37,110 nt of DNA from a virus: the IMG/VR virus record IMGVR_UViG_3300023504_000199. One strand, written 5' to 3'. Both the position numbers and the translations under genes were made by a program. Within the stretch, counting starts at the first letter, position 1, and each line of letters begins with the position of its first letter. Shown piece by piece: positions 18,297-26,168 of the stretch. The notes below the pieces were generated by a model. The model did no database searches and had not been told where the DNA came from. It saw nothing but the letters and a program-made list of their open reading frames with translations.

Positions 18297-18714
18297 TTTT
18301 AAACTTCCATCCCCTGCCTTTTAGCTTCTCTATATGTCGTTCTAAGCCTTCTTGCATATAATCAATTAATCCTAATCTGTCTATAATATTTACAACTACT
18401 TGTATCACATCGTAGCCTTCTTCTATTACATTATCTATCAGTTCAAATTCATTTGTTTTATATTTAATTACAGCTCCTAATAATTCTTCTGTTTCTTCTT
18501 TTAATTTTTCTAGTTCTATTTCGAATTCTATTTCTGATGTATCTAAAATAGGAAAATTAAATCCAGGTTTTCCATTATTAGATACACAATCTTTACACCA
18601 ATGTATTCCTTCCTTTTCTACTCTATTAGTATAATTATCATGTACTTTTATTTGCTTAATTTCATCTTTTCTCTCTATTTCTTTTCCACAACAATCACAT
18701 ACATATTTAATCAT
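18289..18714 (-). CDS. Zinc-ribbon + MazG-like all-alpha NTP pyrophosphohydrolase domain protein
   Basis: N-terminal CDCCG...CKDC. The C-terminal LKEETEELLGAV ... VIEEGYDVIQVVVNIIDRLGL follows the EExxE ... ExxD pattern of MazG-type enzymes. Confidence 0.45.
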   Translation of the reverse strand: MIKYVCDCCGKEIERKDEIKQIKVHDNYTNRVEKEGIHWCKDCVSNNGKPGFNFPILDTSEIEFEIELEKLKEETEELLGAVIKYKTNEFELIDNVIEEGYDVIQVVVNIIDRLGLIDYMQEGLERHIEKLKGRGWKFKNE

Positions 18715-19492
18715 TTATATCCCCCTCTTTTCTTGCTTTTTCTAGATTTCCAGTACCATATATTACATATGTTTTTGTTCTTAAGGATTTTATTGTTCTA
18801 GTTGGTATAAAACTTTTAATTGTTTCATAATCATATCCTCGTTTTATTAATTCTTTTAATGTATCTACCTCTTCTTTAGTCCATTTTTCTGTATTTTTAA
18901 CCTCTTTTACTACTGGTCTAGTTTTTATTTTTAATCTATGTAATCTATGTCTTATAGAATCTTCAGTCCTTTGCATTTTTTCTGCTATTTCTGTGCAGTT
19001 ATACTTATATTGACTAACTAAAAATATTAATCTTTCGTCCTCTTTTTCAGTCCATAATCTTCTTTTATAAGTTTTTTCCAATATATCTTTCTGTCTTTTA
19101 GCTTCTACCCAATCTGGTTCTTTTCCCAATATGTATCGCTCAAATTTTGAAAAATCTAATTTTTTTTGATTTTCTTCTGCCCATATCCAAAAATCATCTA
19201 TTCTTACTGCTTTAAAACTATTATTATTGACTTTTTTATTTATTATTGGTATTTCTCTATCTACCCATCTCTTTGCTGCCTGTCCACCTACAGAATATCC
19301 TACTGCTTTCATTAATTGATTTAGTGTTATATAATCACCATTATCAAGAAAAGCACCTAGTTTTAATTTATCTTTTTTTGCTAATACTGAACTTTCACTT
19401 CTATTTAAAGTTCTTGCTATTGTTTTTACACTTATTATGCCCCAGTTATCTCTTAAATAAGTTGTTTCCTCTTGTGTCCAACCCCTACACAT
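18707..19492 (-). CDS. DNA-binding protein with three Myb/SANT-like repeats
   Basis: Three W-centred repeats: GWTQEETTYLRDNW..., RLWTEKEDERLIFLV...IAEKM.RTEDSIRHRLHRL, and EKWTKEEVDTLKELI...RTIKSLRTK. Confidence 0.55.
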   Translation of the reverse strand: MCRGWTQEETTYLRDNWGIISVKTIARTLNRSESSVLAKKDKLKLGAFLDNGDYITLNQLMKAVGYSVGGQAAKRWVDREIPIINKKVNNNSFKAVRIDDFWIWAEENQKKLDFSKFERYILGKEPDWVEAKRQKDILEKTYKRRLWTEKEDERLIFLVSQYKYNCTEIAEKMQRTEDSIRHRLHRLKIKTRPVVKEVKNTEKWTKEEVDTLKELIKRGYDYETIKSFIPTRTIKSLRTKTYVIYGTGNLEKARKEGDIND

Positions 19493-19507
19493 ATATTCAT
19501 CCCCCTC

Positions 19508-20086
19508 TTAATCAATATCTAATAAGTACAATATTGCAGCTTCTTTACAGTCATGTTTTTTTATTTTCTTTTCACCATTTTTATTGCATATACTCAAATA
19601 TCCATCATTATTTTCTATATAAAACAGTCCACGTGGATATCCAGTATCAAGCATACTGATAAAATCTCCAGGTCTAATTTGTTTTAACTTTATTTTTTTC
19701 TCACTTATAATATAGTTATTTATTATTTTGTAATTTTCTATTTTTGCTAATTTATATCTAGCTATATTTAATTTTTCGGCTGCTATTTTTTTACTTTCAA
19801 AGTTATATATTTTATTAAGATCTATGTCATATACATAAGTTTTTTTATTGTGTGAATTATTTTTATTCTTTTTAAATATTGTTTCTAATTCTGTTTTTCC
19901 CCCTGATGCTCTAAGTTCTTTTATTTCATTTATTCTTTTTTTAGCTTCTTGCTTGTCTTGTAAGGTAGTAAAGTTAGGAACATCTTTACTACCTTCTAAA
20001 ATTGTGTATGCAAGCGCTAAATAGTTATCATATAAAGGCTCTTTTTCCTCATAATACCAACTCATAAAATCACTCCCACTACTCAT
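19508..20086 (-). CDS. Hypothetical protein
   Basis: 192-aa ORF overlapping the upstream gene end. No confident motif. Confidence 0.55.
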   Translation of the reverse strand: MSSGSDFMSWYYEEKEPLYDNYLALAYTILEGSKDVPNFTTLQDKQEAKKRINEIKELRASGGKTELETIFKKNKNNSHNKKTYVYDIDLNKIYNFESKKIAAEKLNIARYKLAKIENYKIINNYIISEKKIKLKQIRPGDFISMLDTGYPRGLFYIENNDGYLSICNKNGEKKIKKHDCKEAAILYLLDID

Positions 20087-20705
20087 CGTATCTGTTAGCT
20101 ATTTTCTTTTGTTTTCTCTTACTTATTTTCTTTTTAGTGCCAATCTTTTTATTTTCCTCATGCGCTTTTTTATTTAATTGCAAACTTTTATAAAACTCCT
20201 TTGTATCTTTTGATTGTTTCAAGTTATCAATATTTTCTTCTGTTTCAAATGCAAAAGGACAATTAGGTTGACTTTCTAGTCCTGGTACTAAGCTTTCTAA
20301 GAAAATATTGTATATATCACATTTATTACATAGCATTTTACAGTTATTGCATCTAAATGTTATTGTTTCTGATACAAGAGTTTTTATATCATCGTCTGAC
20401 ATCTTTATACTGTTATATTCGTCAAATGTTCTTTTTTCTAATGCTTTCGCTCCCTCTACTGACATTATTTTTACTTCAAAGTTTTTAGCATGTTTTACTA
20501 ATTTATCTTTTTCATGCTCTGGCATTCTACTTACAATGCTTACTAATGCATTATTAGTCATAGTTATACTTGTTTTTAGCTTTCTTTTTTCTTCTGATGT
20601 TAAATTATTTTCCCAAAGGTCCATAATGTTATCAAGATACATTGTTGTTGTCATTGCTAATAGCCAATTATCTCTTTCCTTTCTACTTAAATAATTTTTA
20701 GTCAT
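20079..20705 (-). CDS. Hypothetical protein with C-terminal Cys cluster
   Basis: 208 aa. It carries RCNNCKMLCNKCD ... NCPF and a basic tail. It lies immediately downstream of parB. Confidence 0.55.
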   Translation of the reverse strand: MTKNYLSRKERDNWLLAMTTTMYLDNIMDLWENNLTSEEKRKLKTSITMTNNALVSIVSRMPEHEKDKLVKHAKNFEVKIMSVEGAKALEKRTFDEYNSIKMSDDDIKTLVSETITFRCNNCKMLCNKCDIYNIFLESLVPGLESQPNCPFAFETEENIDNLKQSKDTKEFYKSLQLNKKAHEENKKIGTKKKISKRKQKKIANRYDE

Positions 20706-20717
20706 TTAAAACACCCC

Positions 20718-21737
20718 CTAGCCTGGAAATTCAGCTTCTAACATATTTTCTGTATCTAACCATATTCTTATTTGTTTTTTACATAATCTATCTGTTACGT
20801 CTTCTGTATTATAAAAAATACATTTACCTTTACTTCCAATCGGACAAATTTTACATTGTCGATTTATCATTCTAAACATAAATTCTGACATATATATCGT
20901 GTCAAATGTTTTAATTTTATCTAAATTACTTATTTTTTTATTTTCCACTTCTATGTTTTCTAATACTTCCTCAACATCTATTTGACCTTTTATATTTTCA
21001 TCTTTAAATTCTTTTTTAAAGTCTTTAATATTTTGTACTTTTAGATCACCTATGTTGTCCTTTGTTTTCTCATATATTTCTTGTTGCTTTTCCTTGTCTA
21101 TCCCAGCAATTTCGTTTGCAGTTGCAAAATTTATATTTCCTTCGTCTAATTCTTTTCTAAAGTCATTATGTAAATTATTATTTATATTTTCCATCTGGGC
21201 TACCTTTGTTTTACTGACACCTAGTATAGATGCAACTACATCCCTTAATCTTCCTTTACTTAGGTCATATCCTTTTAACTGTTTACCTTCTTGTTTCATC
21301 TTTTGAAGATTTGTTTTTAACTTAGCTTCTTCCTGTAGCATTTCATTAACTGTTTTCACTCTACTACTATTAGCAATTATAATTTCTATTTCTTCTTCCT
21401 CTTCTGATGCTTCTTTTTTAATTTGACAAGTTACATATTCATACTCTTTATGTCCCTTTTCATACAGGCTCTTTAAAGCTTCTAGTCTACGTTCCCCAGA
21501 TATTAATTTATATTCTTTACCTTCTTTTGGTTCATAAACTACTACCAAGTTGGACATAAGTCCAACAAGGAGTATACTATTTGCTAATTCTTCTATATCA
21601 ATGATTTGATAGAAATTTTTATCATTTCTATAAATGTTAAATATACTAATATCTTTTGTTCTAAAATTCGCTGAAGGCTTATCTTCTACTACATTTTTAC
21701 TATTATTATTCAAACTATCTAAAATATTAAATGCCAT
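20718..21737 (-). CDS. parB: ParB/Spo0J-like partition protein with extra C-terminal Cys-rich region
   Basis: LISGERRLEALKSL (ParB GxRR box) and an HTH-like GVSKTKVAQMENI. The start abuts the parA stop. The C-terminus reads QCKICP...GKC...LCKK. Confidence 0.75.
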   Translation of the reverse strand: MAFNILDSLNNNSKNVVEDKPSANFRTKDISIFNIYRNDKNFYQIIDIEELANSILLVGLMSNLVVVYEPKEGKEYKLISGERRLEALKSLYEKGHKEYEYVTCQIKKEASEEEEEIEIIIANSSRVKTVNEMLQEEAKLKTNLQKMKQEGKQLKGYDLSKGRLRDVVASILGVSKTKVAQMENINNNLHNDFRKELDEGNINFATANEIAGIDKEKQQEIYEKTKDNIGDLKVQNIKDFKKEFKDENIKGQIDVEEVLENIEVENKKISNLDKIKTFDTIYMSEFMFRMINRQCKICPIGSKGKCIFYNTEDVTDRLCKKQIRIWLDTENMLEAEFPG

Positions 21738-22559
21738 TTATAAAACCTCCAATATTTCATCAGTTAAACTTTTATATTGCTTTGTAACTTTACTATTTTT
21801 ACTTATATTTGGTAATGGTAAAAATGCTGCTGTTGATTTTTCTACAATTACACTTCTACTAATTATAGAGTCGAACATATCATGTTCATTTTTAAAAAAC
21901 TCTTCTATCTGTTCAGTAGGTTTATTCTTTTGTTTCATTGTAAAAAGTCCTTTTACTTTTATATGTGAATTAAATCCCTCTAAATTTTTAATTTGTACTT
22001 TTAAATCATTAATTGCATCAGCTTCAAATCCACCTAATTTTATTGGTGCTATAAGAAGATCTGTCGCTATTAATATATTTAATACAGTCATATCTAACAC
22101 TAAACCGCAATCACATATCACATAGTCGTAATCATGTAAAAACTCAGATTCCGTTATTTTTTTTAATACATTTTTCATTAATAAAACTTGTCCTGACTTT
22201 TCTGATATTGCTATCTTAATATTTGTATTCATAAGATATCCATTTGAAGGTATTATATCTAATCTACCTTCTGCATCATCTTTTTTAACTTTGTTATATA
22301 CATTGTCTTTATGTATGCATCTCTTTATAACCTCTTCATTTATGTTATTGCTTAATTGTGCTTCTAATAAGCCAGATATACTGTCAGATTCTCCTGTATC
22401 TATTACATGATATAATTTAGATGCATTCCCTTGTTGGTCCCCATCTACAAGTAATACATTATATCCTTTATCTGCTAATATCCATGCAATACTCGTAGCT
22501 GTTATTGTTTTTCCTATTCCACCTTTTTCATTCATCACTGAAATTACTTTCATATGCAT
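21738..22559 (-). CDS. parA: ParA/Soj-family partition ATPase
   Basis: Deviant Walker A EKGGIGKTITATS, LLVDGDQQGNAS, 273 aa. Confidence 0.9.
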   Translation of the reverse strand: MHMKVISVMNEKGGIGKTITATSIAWILADKGYNVLLVDGDQQGNASKLYHVIDTGESDSISGLLEAQLSNNINEEVIKRCIHKDNVYNKVKKDDAEGRLDIIPSNGYLMNTNIKIAISEKSGQVLLMKNVLKKITESEFLHDYDYVICDCGLVLDMTVLNILIATDLLIAPIKLGGFEADAINDLKVQIKNLEGFNSHIKVKGLFTMKQKNKPTEQIEEFFKNEHDMFDSIISRSVIVEKSTAAFLPLPNISKNSKVTKQYKSLTDEILEVL

Positions 22560-22570
22560 ATCCTCCTGTT

Positions 22571-23089
22571 TTATTCTGTGTCAATTTCTGACACCATTTT
22601 AAAATCTACTTTTCCAGTAGTTCCATCCTCTTGCAAGTATCTATGCGCCTTTAAAAATTTCTCATAATCACTACTCATGTAAGAAGCTATTAAATTTATA
22701 GCTTCATCTGCACCATAACAAACAGTAGCTATATATTTTTGATGACTTAACTTCTTAATCCATTCTATTTGCTCTTTTGATACTTTACTTTGTTTATCTT
22801 TTTTTAATTCGATATATAGTCCGTGCATCCCCATTTTAGGAACTGCCACACATATATCTGGAACACCTTTTTTAAGTCCAGCCTTAACTAAGTTACTTCC
22901 TGTTTTTCGATTTCTATTACCTTCATTAGGAACATGATAAATTAATGAGTAATCCTTATCATAAGCCTCCATTGATTTACACCACTGCATAACTCTTATT
23001 TGTTCGGTTAATTCGCTCTTAGGCGCTAAATATTGCGTTTTTCTATATTTAGACATAATCTTCTCCTTTTCTATTGATTTATTTTTCAA
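22571..23089 (-). CDS. VRR-NUC domain nuclease
   Basis: The pattern HVPNEG...GLKKGVPDICVAV...GLYIELKKDK..VSKEQIEWIKKL...CYGADEAI matches the VRR-NUC PD-(D/E)xK architecture. Confidence 0.8.
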   Translation of the reverse strand: MKNKSIEKEKIMSKYRKTQYLAPKSELTEQIRVMQWCKSMEAYDKDYSLIYHVPNEGNRNRKTGSNLVKAGLKKGVPDICVAVPKMGMHGLYIELKKDKQSKVSKEQIEWIKKLSHQKYIATVCYGADEAINLIASYMSSDYEKFLKAHRYLQEDGTTGKVDFKMVSEIDTE

Positions 23090-23826
23090 TTTTTACTCTT
23101 TATCAGTGTATAAGTAAAAAATTTATATCCTGTTTCATAATGAAATCCATTGTATATGCTATCTTTTTGTAGGTAATATTCATTTCTATATTTTTTAGGA
23201 ATAGATACTTTTTCTTTAAAGAAATCATGTTTATTTATTATTTTTTTGATTATAAGAGGTTTCTTTAAATTTCTACTTGAACTCCAAGCTTTACCACTTA
23301 ACTTTTTAGCTTCTTGTTTATGTTCTTTTGTGAATTTCAACAAATAAGCAGCTAGATCTTTATATTGTCCCGTATTATCAAGCATGTGTATATTTACTCT
23401 CCCTTTTTTCCAAATAGAAGTTAATATACCAGGATCTATTTTATTAATCACCATATGGAAATGTAATGCTCCTTTTTTTCCTCTTTCTGCTACATATATA
23501 TATTTCAAATCAATATCATTCTTTTTACATACTCCTCTTAAACTTTTAAGGAATTGTCTCATATCATTTTTCATATCTTCAATAGTTGCTGGTCTTTCTT
23601 CTTTTTTATAATTAAGTACAACATGATAGTCATTTTCTTTAAAGTTAGTATTTATTAATCTTGTTAACTTCTTTTCTTGTCTTTTATAATTTATTCTCTC
23701 TTGAGCTTCTTTTGTATTCTCTATTGATTTACTTCTAATTGCATTTTTACATTTATACCTGTGAGAATAATATTTACTTATCTCGATTGTCTTACCAGCA
23801 ATTACAGTTTCATGTATATATGGCAT
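23086..23826 (-). CDS. rep: HUH-superfamily rolling-circle replication initiator (or relaxase-like nickase)
   Basis: Motif I-like YHVVLNY, HUH motif ALHFHMVIN, and Y-motif LAAYLLKFTKE (YxxK). It lies downstream of a hairpin-rich non-coding region carrying a CTTGATA heptamer. Confidence 0.6.
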   Translation of the reverse strand: MPYIHETVIAGKTIEISKYYSHRYKCKNAIRSKSIENTKEAQERINYKRQEKKLTRLINTNFKENDYHVVLNYKKEERPATIEDMKNDMRQFLKSLRGVCKKNDIDLKYIYVAERGKKGALHFHMVINKIDPGILTSIWKKGRVNIHMLDNTGQYKDLAAYLLKFTKEHKQEAKKLSGKAWSSSRNLKKPLIIKKIINKHDFFKEKVSIPKKYRNEYYLQKDSIYNGFHYETGYKFFTYTLIKSKN

Positions 23827-23948
23827 TTTCTATTCCCCCTATTACAATTAATTAATGAATAATTAATTTAGTAATGTCTAATAATAAAAAGAATAATATT
23901 TATTATTTTTTATTAATTAAAATATATATTAGGTTCTTAAGTTAATAC

Positions 23949-23997
23949 TATTATCAAGCTTTCAAGCACCGACCAGTGCATTGGTATATCTTGATTA
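23949..23997 (-). promoter_or_regulatory. Candidate double-strand origin: inverted ATCAAG/CTTGAT arms around a GC-rich core, with CTTGATAATA on the rep strand
   Basis: The minus strand reads AGCTTGATAATAGTATTAAC (23941-23960). The arms are 23953-23958 and 23990-23995. The inner element is GCACcgaccaGTGC. Confidence 0.35.
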
Positions 23998-24025
23998 TGT
24001 AGTTTTAAAATGTTATAATTTTTAT

Positions 24026-24252
24026 ATACTTATAGTTGCAGCTATAAGTTACATATGGCATTTTTTAACCAGATAATAAAAAATACCTGGTTAATTTTTT
24101 TGCCATTTTTTGATATAATGTTTTTATTTGTTATCAACAGAAGTTATTAACAAATTATGTATAACTTCTGTGCTTGTTTTTATCTAAGTTGTAATTTTAC
24201 TTTCTTTCTATCTTTTTTATTGCGAAGTGAAATTACAACTTCTTTTTTATCT
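24026..24252 (+). ncRNA. Candidate structured plus-strand RNA / sso-like hairpin cluster antisense to the rep leader
   Basis: Extended -10 boxes TGTTATAAT (24011-24019) and TGATATAAT (24111-24119). Hairpins at 24028-24049, 24056-24106, 24137-24171 and 24186-24241. The last has a 17-bp stem with a plus-only G-U and is followed by CTTTTTTAT. Confidence 0.35.
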
Positions 24253-24332
24253 GTTATAATAACTATTTGGTTATCACTTATTTGTTTTACTTTCATCTTT
24301 TATCTTTTCCCCTTCCTTTTACTACTCGCAAA

Positions 24333-24815
24333 TTATTGTTGAATATAATTTTTACAATAATCTAACCATACTAATACATCAATTTCATTGTCACTAACTT
24401 CTCCTGCTTCGGCAACTTTATAGTTTTTATTGATTTCTTCTATGATTTCAGCCTTATATCTTATAAATTCACTTTCAGATATAACCCCTTTTACATCCAA
24501 TGGATCTACTATATAGTTTCCGTTTTTTGATTCTTCACAAACTATATCAACTATATAATCTGATACTTTTTTTATATCTGGTTTAGATTCATCAGTTGTT
24601 ATAACTTTATTGATTCTAATCCATGAACAAAAACCTTTCTTTCCAGCACCTTCGCAATCATGCCCATCAATAAATCTATCAAACTCTATACCTAAAACTG
24701 CTCCTACAAGGCTGTCATATTGATATGTTATAATTCTTCCTATATCACCATATCTAATATTTTTATTTGATACATTTTTTAGATTTATAACTTTAACTTG
24801 ATCTCCTATATTCAT
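24333..24815 (-). CDS. Hypothetical protein
   Basis: 160-aa ORF with tight spacing to the upstream gene. No motif recognised. Confidence 0.6.
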   Translation of the reverse strand: MNIGDQVKVINLKNVSNKNIRYGDIGRIITYQYDSLVGAVLGIEFDRFIDGHDCEGAGKKGFCSWIRINKVITTDESKPDIKKVSDYIVDIVCEESKNGNYIVDPLDVKGVISESEFIRYKAEIIEEINKNYKVAEAGEVSDNEIDVLVWLDYCKNYIQQ

Positions 24816-24818
24816 TTT

Positions 24819-25100
24819 TTACACCTCTCTACACCAATAAGGTTTTACAAATATTACATTTGGATATGCTCCTTTAGCACCTGTAATTAATTCAGCGCCT
24901 TTACTATGTCTTACCTTTACTTTTTTCTTATCCATTTTTTTATACATGTCTATTTTGTGATATCGTTTTGCTGTGCAATAGTCTTGATATGCTTCATAAG
25001 AAAAAACATACTCTTTTCCTTTTTCGAAATTACGAACATAATCTTTATTTTTTATGTACTTTTTTAGGTTTATTTGAACAACTTCCATTTGACCCTCCAT
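24819..25100 (-). CDS. Hypothetical protein
   Basis: 93-aa ORF. The alternative internal start MEVVQ has RBS-like GGAGGG just upstream. Confidence 0.5.
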   Translation of the reverse strand: MEGQMEVVQINLKKYIKNKDYVRNFEKGKEYVFSYEAYQDYCTAKRYHKIDMYKKMDKKKVKVRHSKGAELITGAKGAYPNVIFVKPYWCREV

Positions 25101-25536
25101 ATCTAATTTTTTTATAATCTCTTTCAGTTATATAAAAATGAACTGAGTCATTATTTTCTATTAGATATATTGTGTTAGATCTTCCAGGACTCTTTACTAC
25201 TTTTAAATATTTATTTTTATGTTCTATTTTGATTGTTGTTAATACTCCTGTTTTTTCTTTTATATACTTTTTATCTTTGTTTAGAATTTTTACTTTAACT
25301 GGTGTTCCATTAGGCATTGTTTTTAATACATCTGCCCATATTCTAATTTCAGCTTCCTTTTTTATGTTTTGATTAGTCTTATTTTGATTAGTCTCTTGAT
25401 TAGCATTCTTTTCTTCTTTTCTTGTTTCTAAAGCAAAAACCAATTGTTCTTTATTCATTTTGCTTCTTCCTTTGATACAAAATTCTTTTGCTTTCTGTCT
25501 TAATTCTTTAAATGTCAAATTCTCTAAGTATTTCAT
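25045..25536 (-). CDS. Rho_N/SAP-like domain protein
   Basis: The preferred start MKYLENL at 25536 follows AAGGGGGA. LTFKELRQKAKEFCIKGRSKMNKEQLVFALE resembles the Rho N-terminal helical motif. The longer ORF to 25596 lacks an RBS. Confidence 0.45.
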   Translation of the reverse strand: MKYLENLTFKELRQKAKEFCIKGRSKMNKEQLVFALETRKEEKNANQETNQNKTNQNIKKEAEIRIWADVLKTMPNGTPVKVKILNKDKKYIKEKTGVLTTIKIEHKNKYLKVVKSPGRSNTIYLIENNDSVHFYITERDYKKIRYGGSNGSCSNKPKKVHKK

Positions 25537-25561
25537 AAACTTTTCCCCCTTTGAATTTGAT

Positions 25562-25870
25562 TTAAAACTCTCCTCCAGCTGCAACCCATTTATCATACGA
25601 TATTCTATCTATTCTAAATGTTTTACCTACTGTCGCAACATTAAATGCATTTGTTTTTTTTGCATATTTGATTAAATCTCTTACATATGCTTCACTACAT
25701 TTTAGATATTTTGCAAAATCTTGTACTTTCATATAGTCTCTTGCTGCAAATTCATCATGTGTACGAAATTTCTGTACAATCTCATCAATATCTATTCTTT
25801 CAAGTATGCAACTTATAAGATCTTCTTGATTTATATTTCTTATCAGAAATTTTTGCGTTTCAGTTGCCAT
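25562..25870 (-). CDS. HTH_17/excisionase-family DNA-binding protein (Cro/Xis-like position)
   Basis: VQDFAKYLKCSEAYVRDLIKYAKK...VGKTFRIDRISYDKWV matches the MerR/excisionase-type HTH pattern. RBS AAGGGGGGAG. Confidence 0.55.
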   Translation of the reverse strand: MATETQKFLIRNINQEDLISCILERIDIDEIVQKFRTHDEFAARDYMKVQDFAKYLKCSEAYVRDLIKYAKKTNAFNVATVGKTFRIDRISYDKWVAAGGEF

Positions 25871-25919
25871 TTTTCTCCCCCCTTAGTTTTAATTAGGCGA
25901 GATATGACTCGCCATTTTC

Positions 25920-26078
25920 TCATTGTTTTTGCTTATCGTTTTTTTGTTTTTCTATTTCTTGTTTTGCATATAATGCTTGTGCAACCATCCATATTCCTTT
26001 TATATCTGTAGCATTTAGATTATTTATTATTGTTGCTATTTCATTAGCTAATTCTTTTTTTCTTCTTATTTCATCCAT
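25920..26078 (-). CDS. Small early protein (52 aa, below the ORF-track cutoff)
   Basis: ATG at 26078 preceded by AAAGGAGGA. Translation MDEIRRKKELANEIATIINNLNATDIKGIWMVAQALYAKQEIEKQKNDKQKQ. It is the first gene of the leftward operon. Confidence 0.5.
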   Translation of the reverse strand: MDEIRRKKELANEIATIINNLNATDIKGIWMVAQALYAKQEIEKQKNDKQKQ

Positions 26079-26122
26079 TTTTCGTCCTCCTTTTTTAGCA
26101 ACGATTGTTAATATACTTATAT

Positions 26123-26149
26123 ATTATAGCAATTTTTGATATAAGTCAA
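26123..26149 (-). promoter_or_regulatory. Candidate early leftward promoter
   Basis: On the minus strand: TTGACT (26144-26149), a 15-nt spacer, then TGCTATAAT (extended -10, 26123-26131). Confidence 0.5.
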
Positions 26150-26168
26150 CTTATTTTTGCTATTTTTC

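Noticed and set aside
19246-22125. Plus-strand ORFs 19246..19659, 20308..20694, 21052..21306 and 21634..22125
   Set aside because: They are antisense to the Myb-like, Cys-rich, parB and parA genes. Their Leu/Phe/Ile/Ser-rich products have no start context.
24157-24342. Plus-strand 61-aa ORF, and a minus-strand 38-aa ORF (24180..24296), in the rep-upstream gap
   Set aside because: Both run through the 17-bp terminator hairpin. The plus ORF has no RBS. The minus ORF has a purine-rich tract, but it lies about 11 nt from the ATG, and the product is low-complexity and basic. An RNA/origin interpretation fits better, although the 38-aa ORF cannot be fully excluded.
25045-25596. Full-length 183-aa version of the Rho_N-like ORF starting at 25596
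   Set aside because: The first 20 codons overlap the upstream gene and lack an RBS. The internal ATG at 25536 follows AAGGGGGA at proper spacing.
25172-26011. Plus-strand ORFs 25172..25372, 25460..25675 and 25721..26011
   Set aside because: They are antisense to early-operon genes, hydrophobic and low-complexity, and lack RBS signals.
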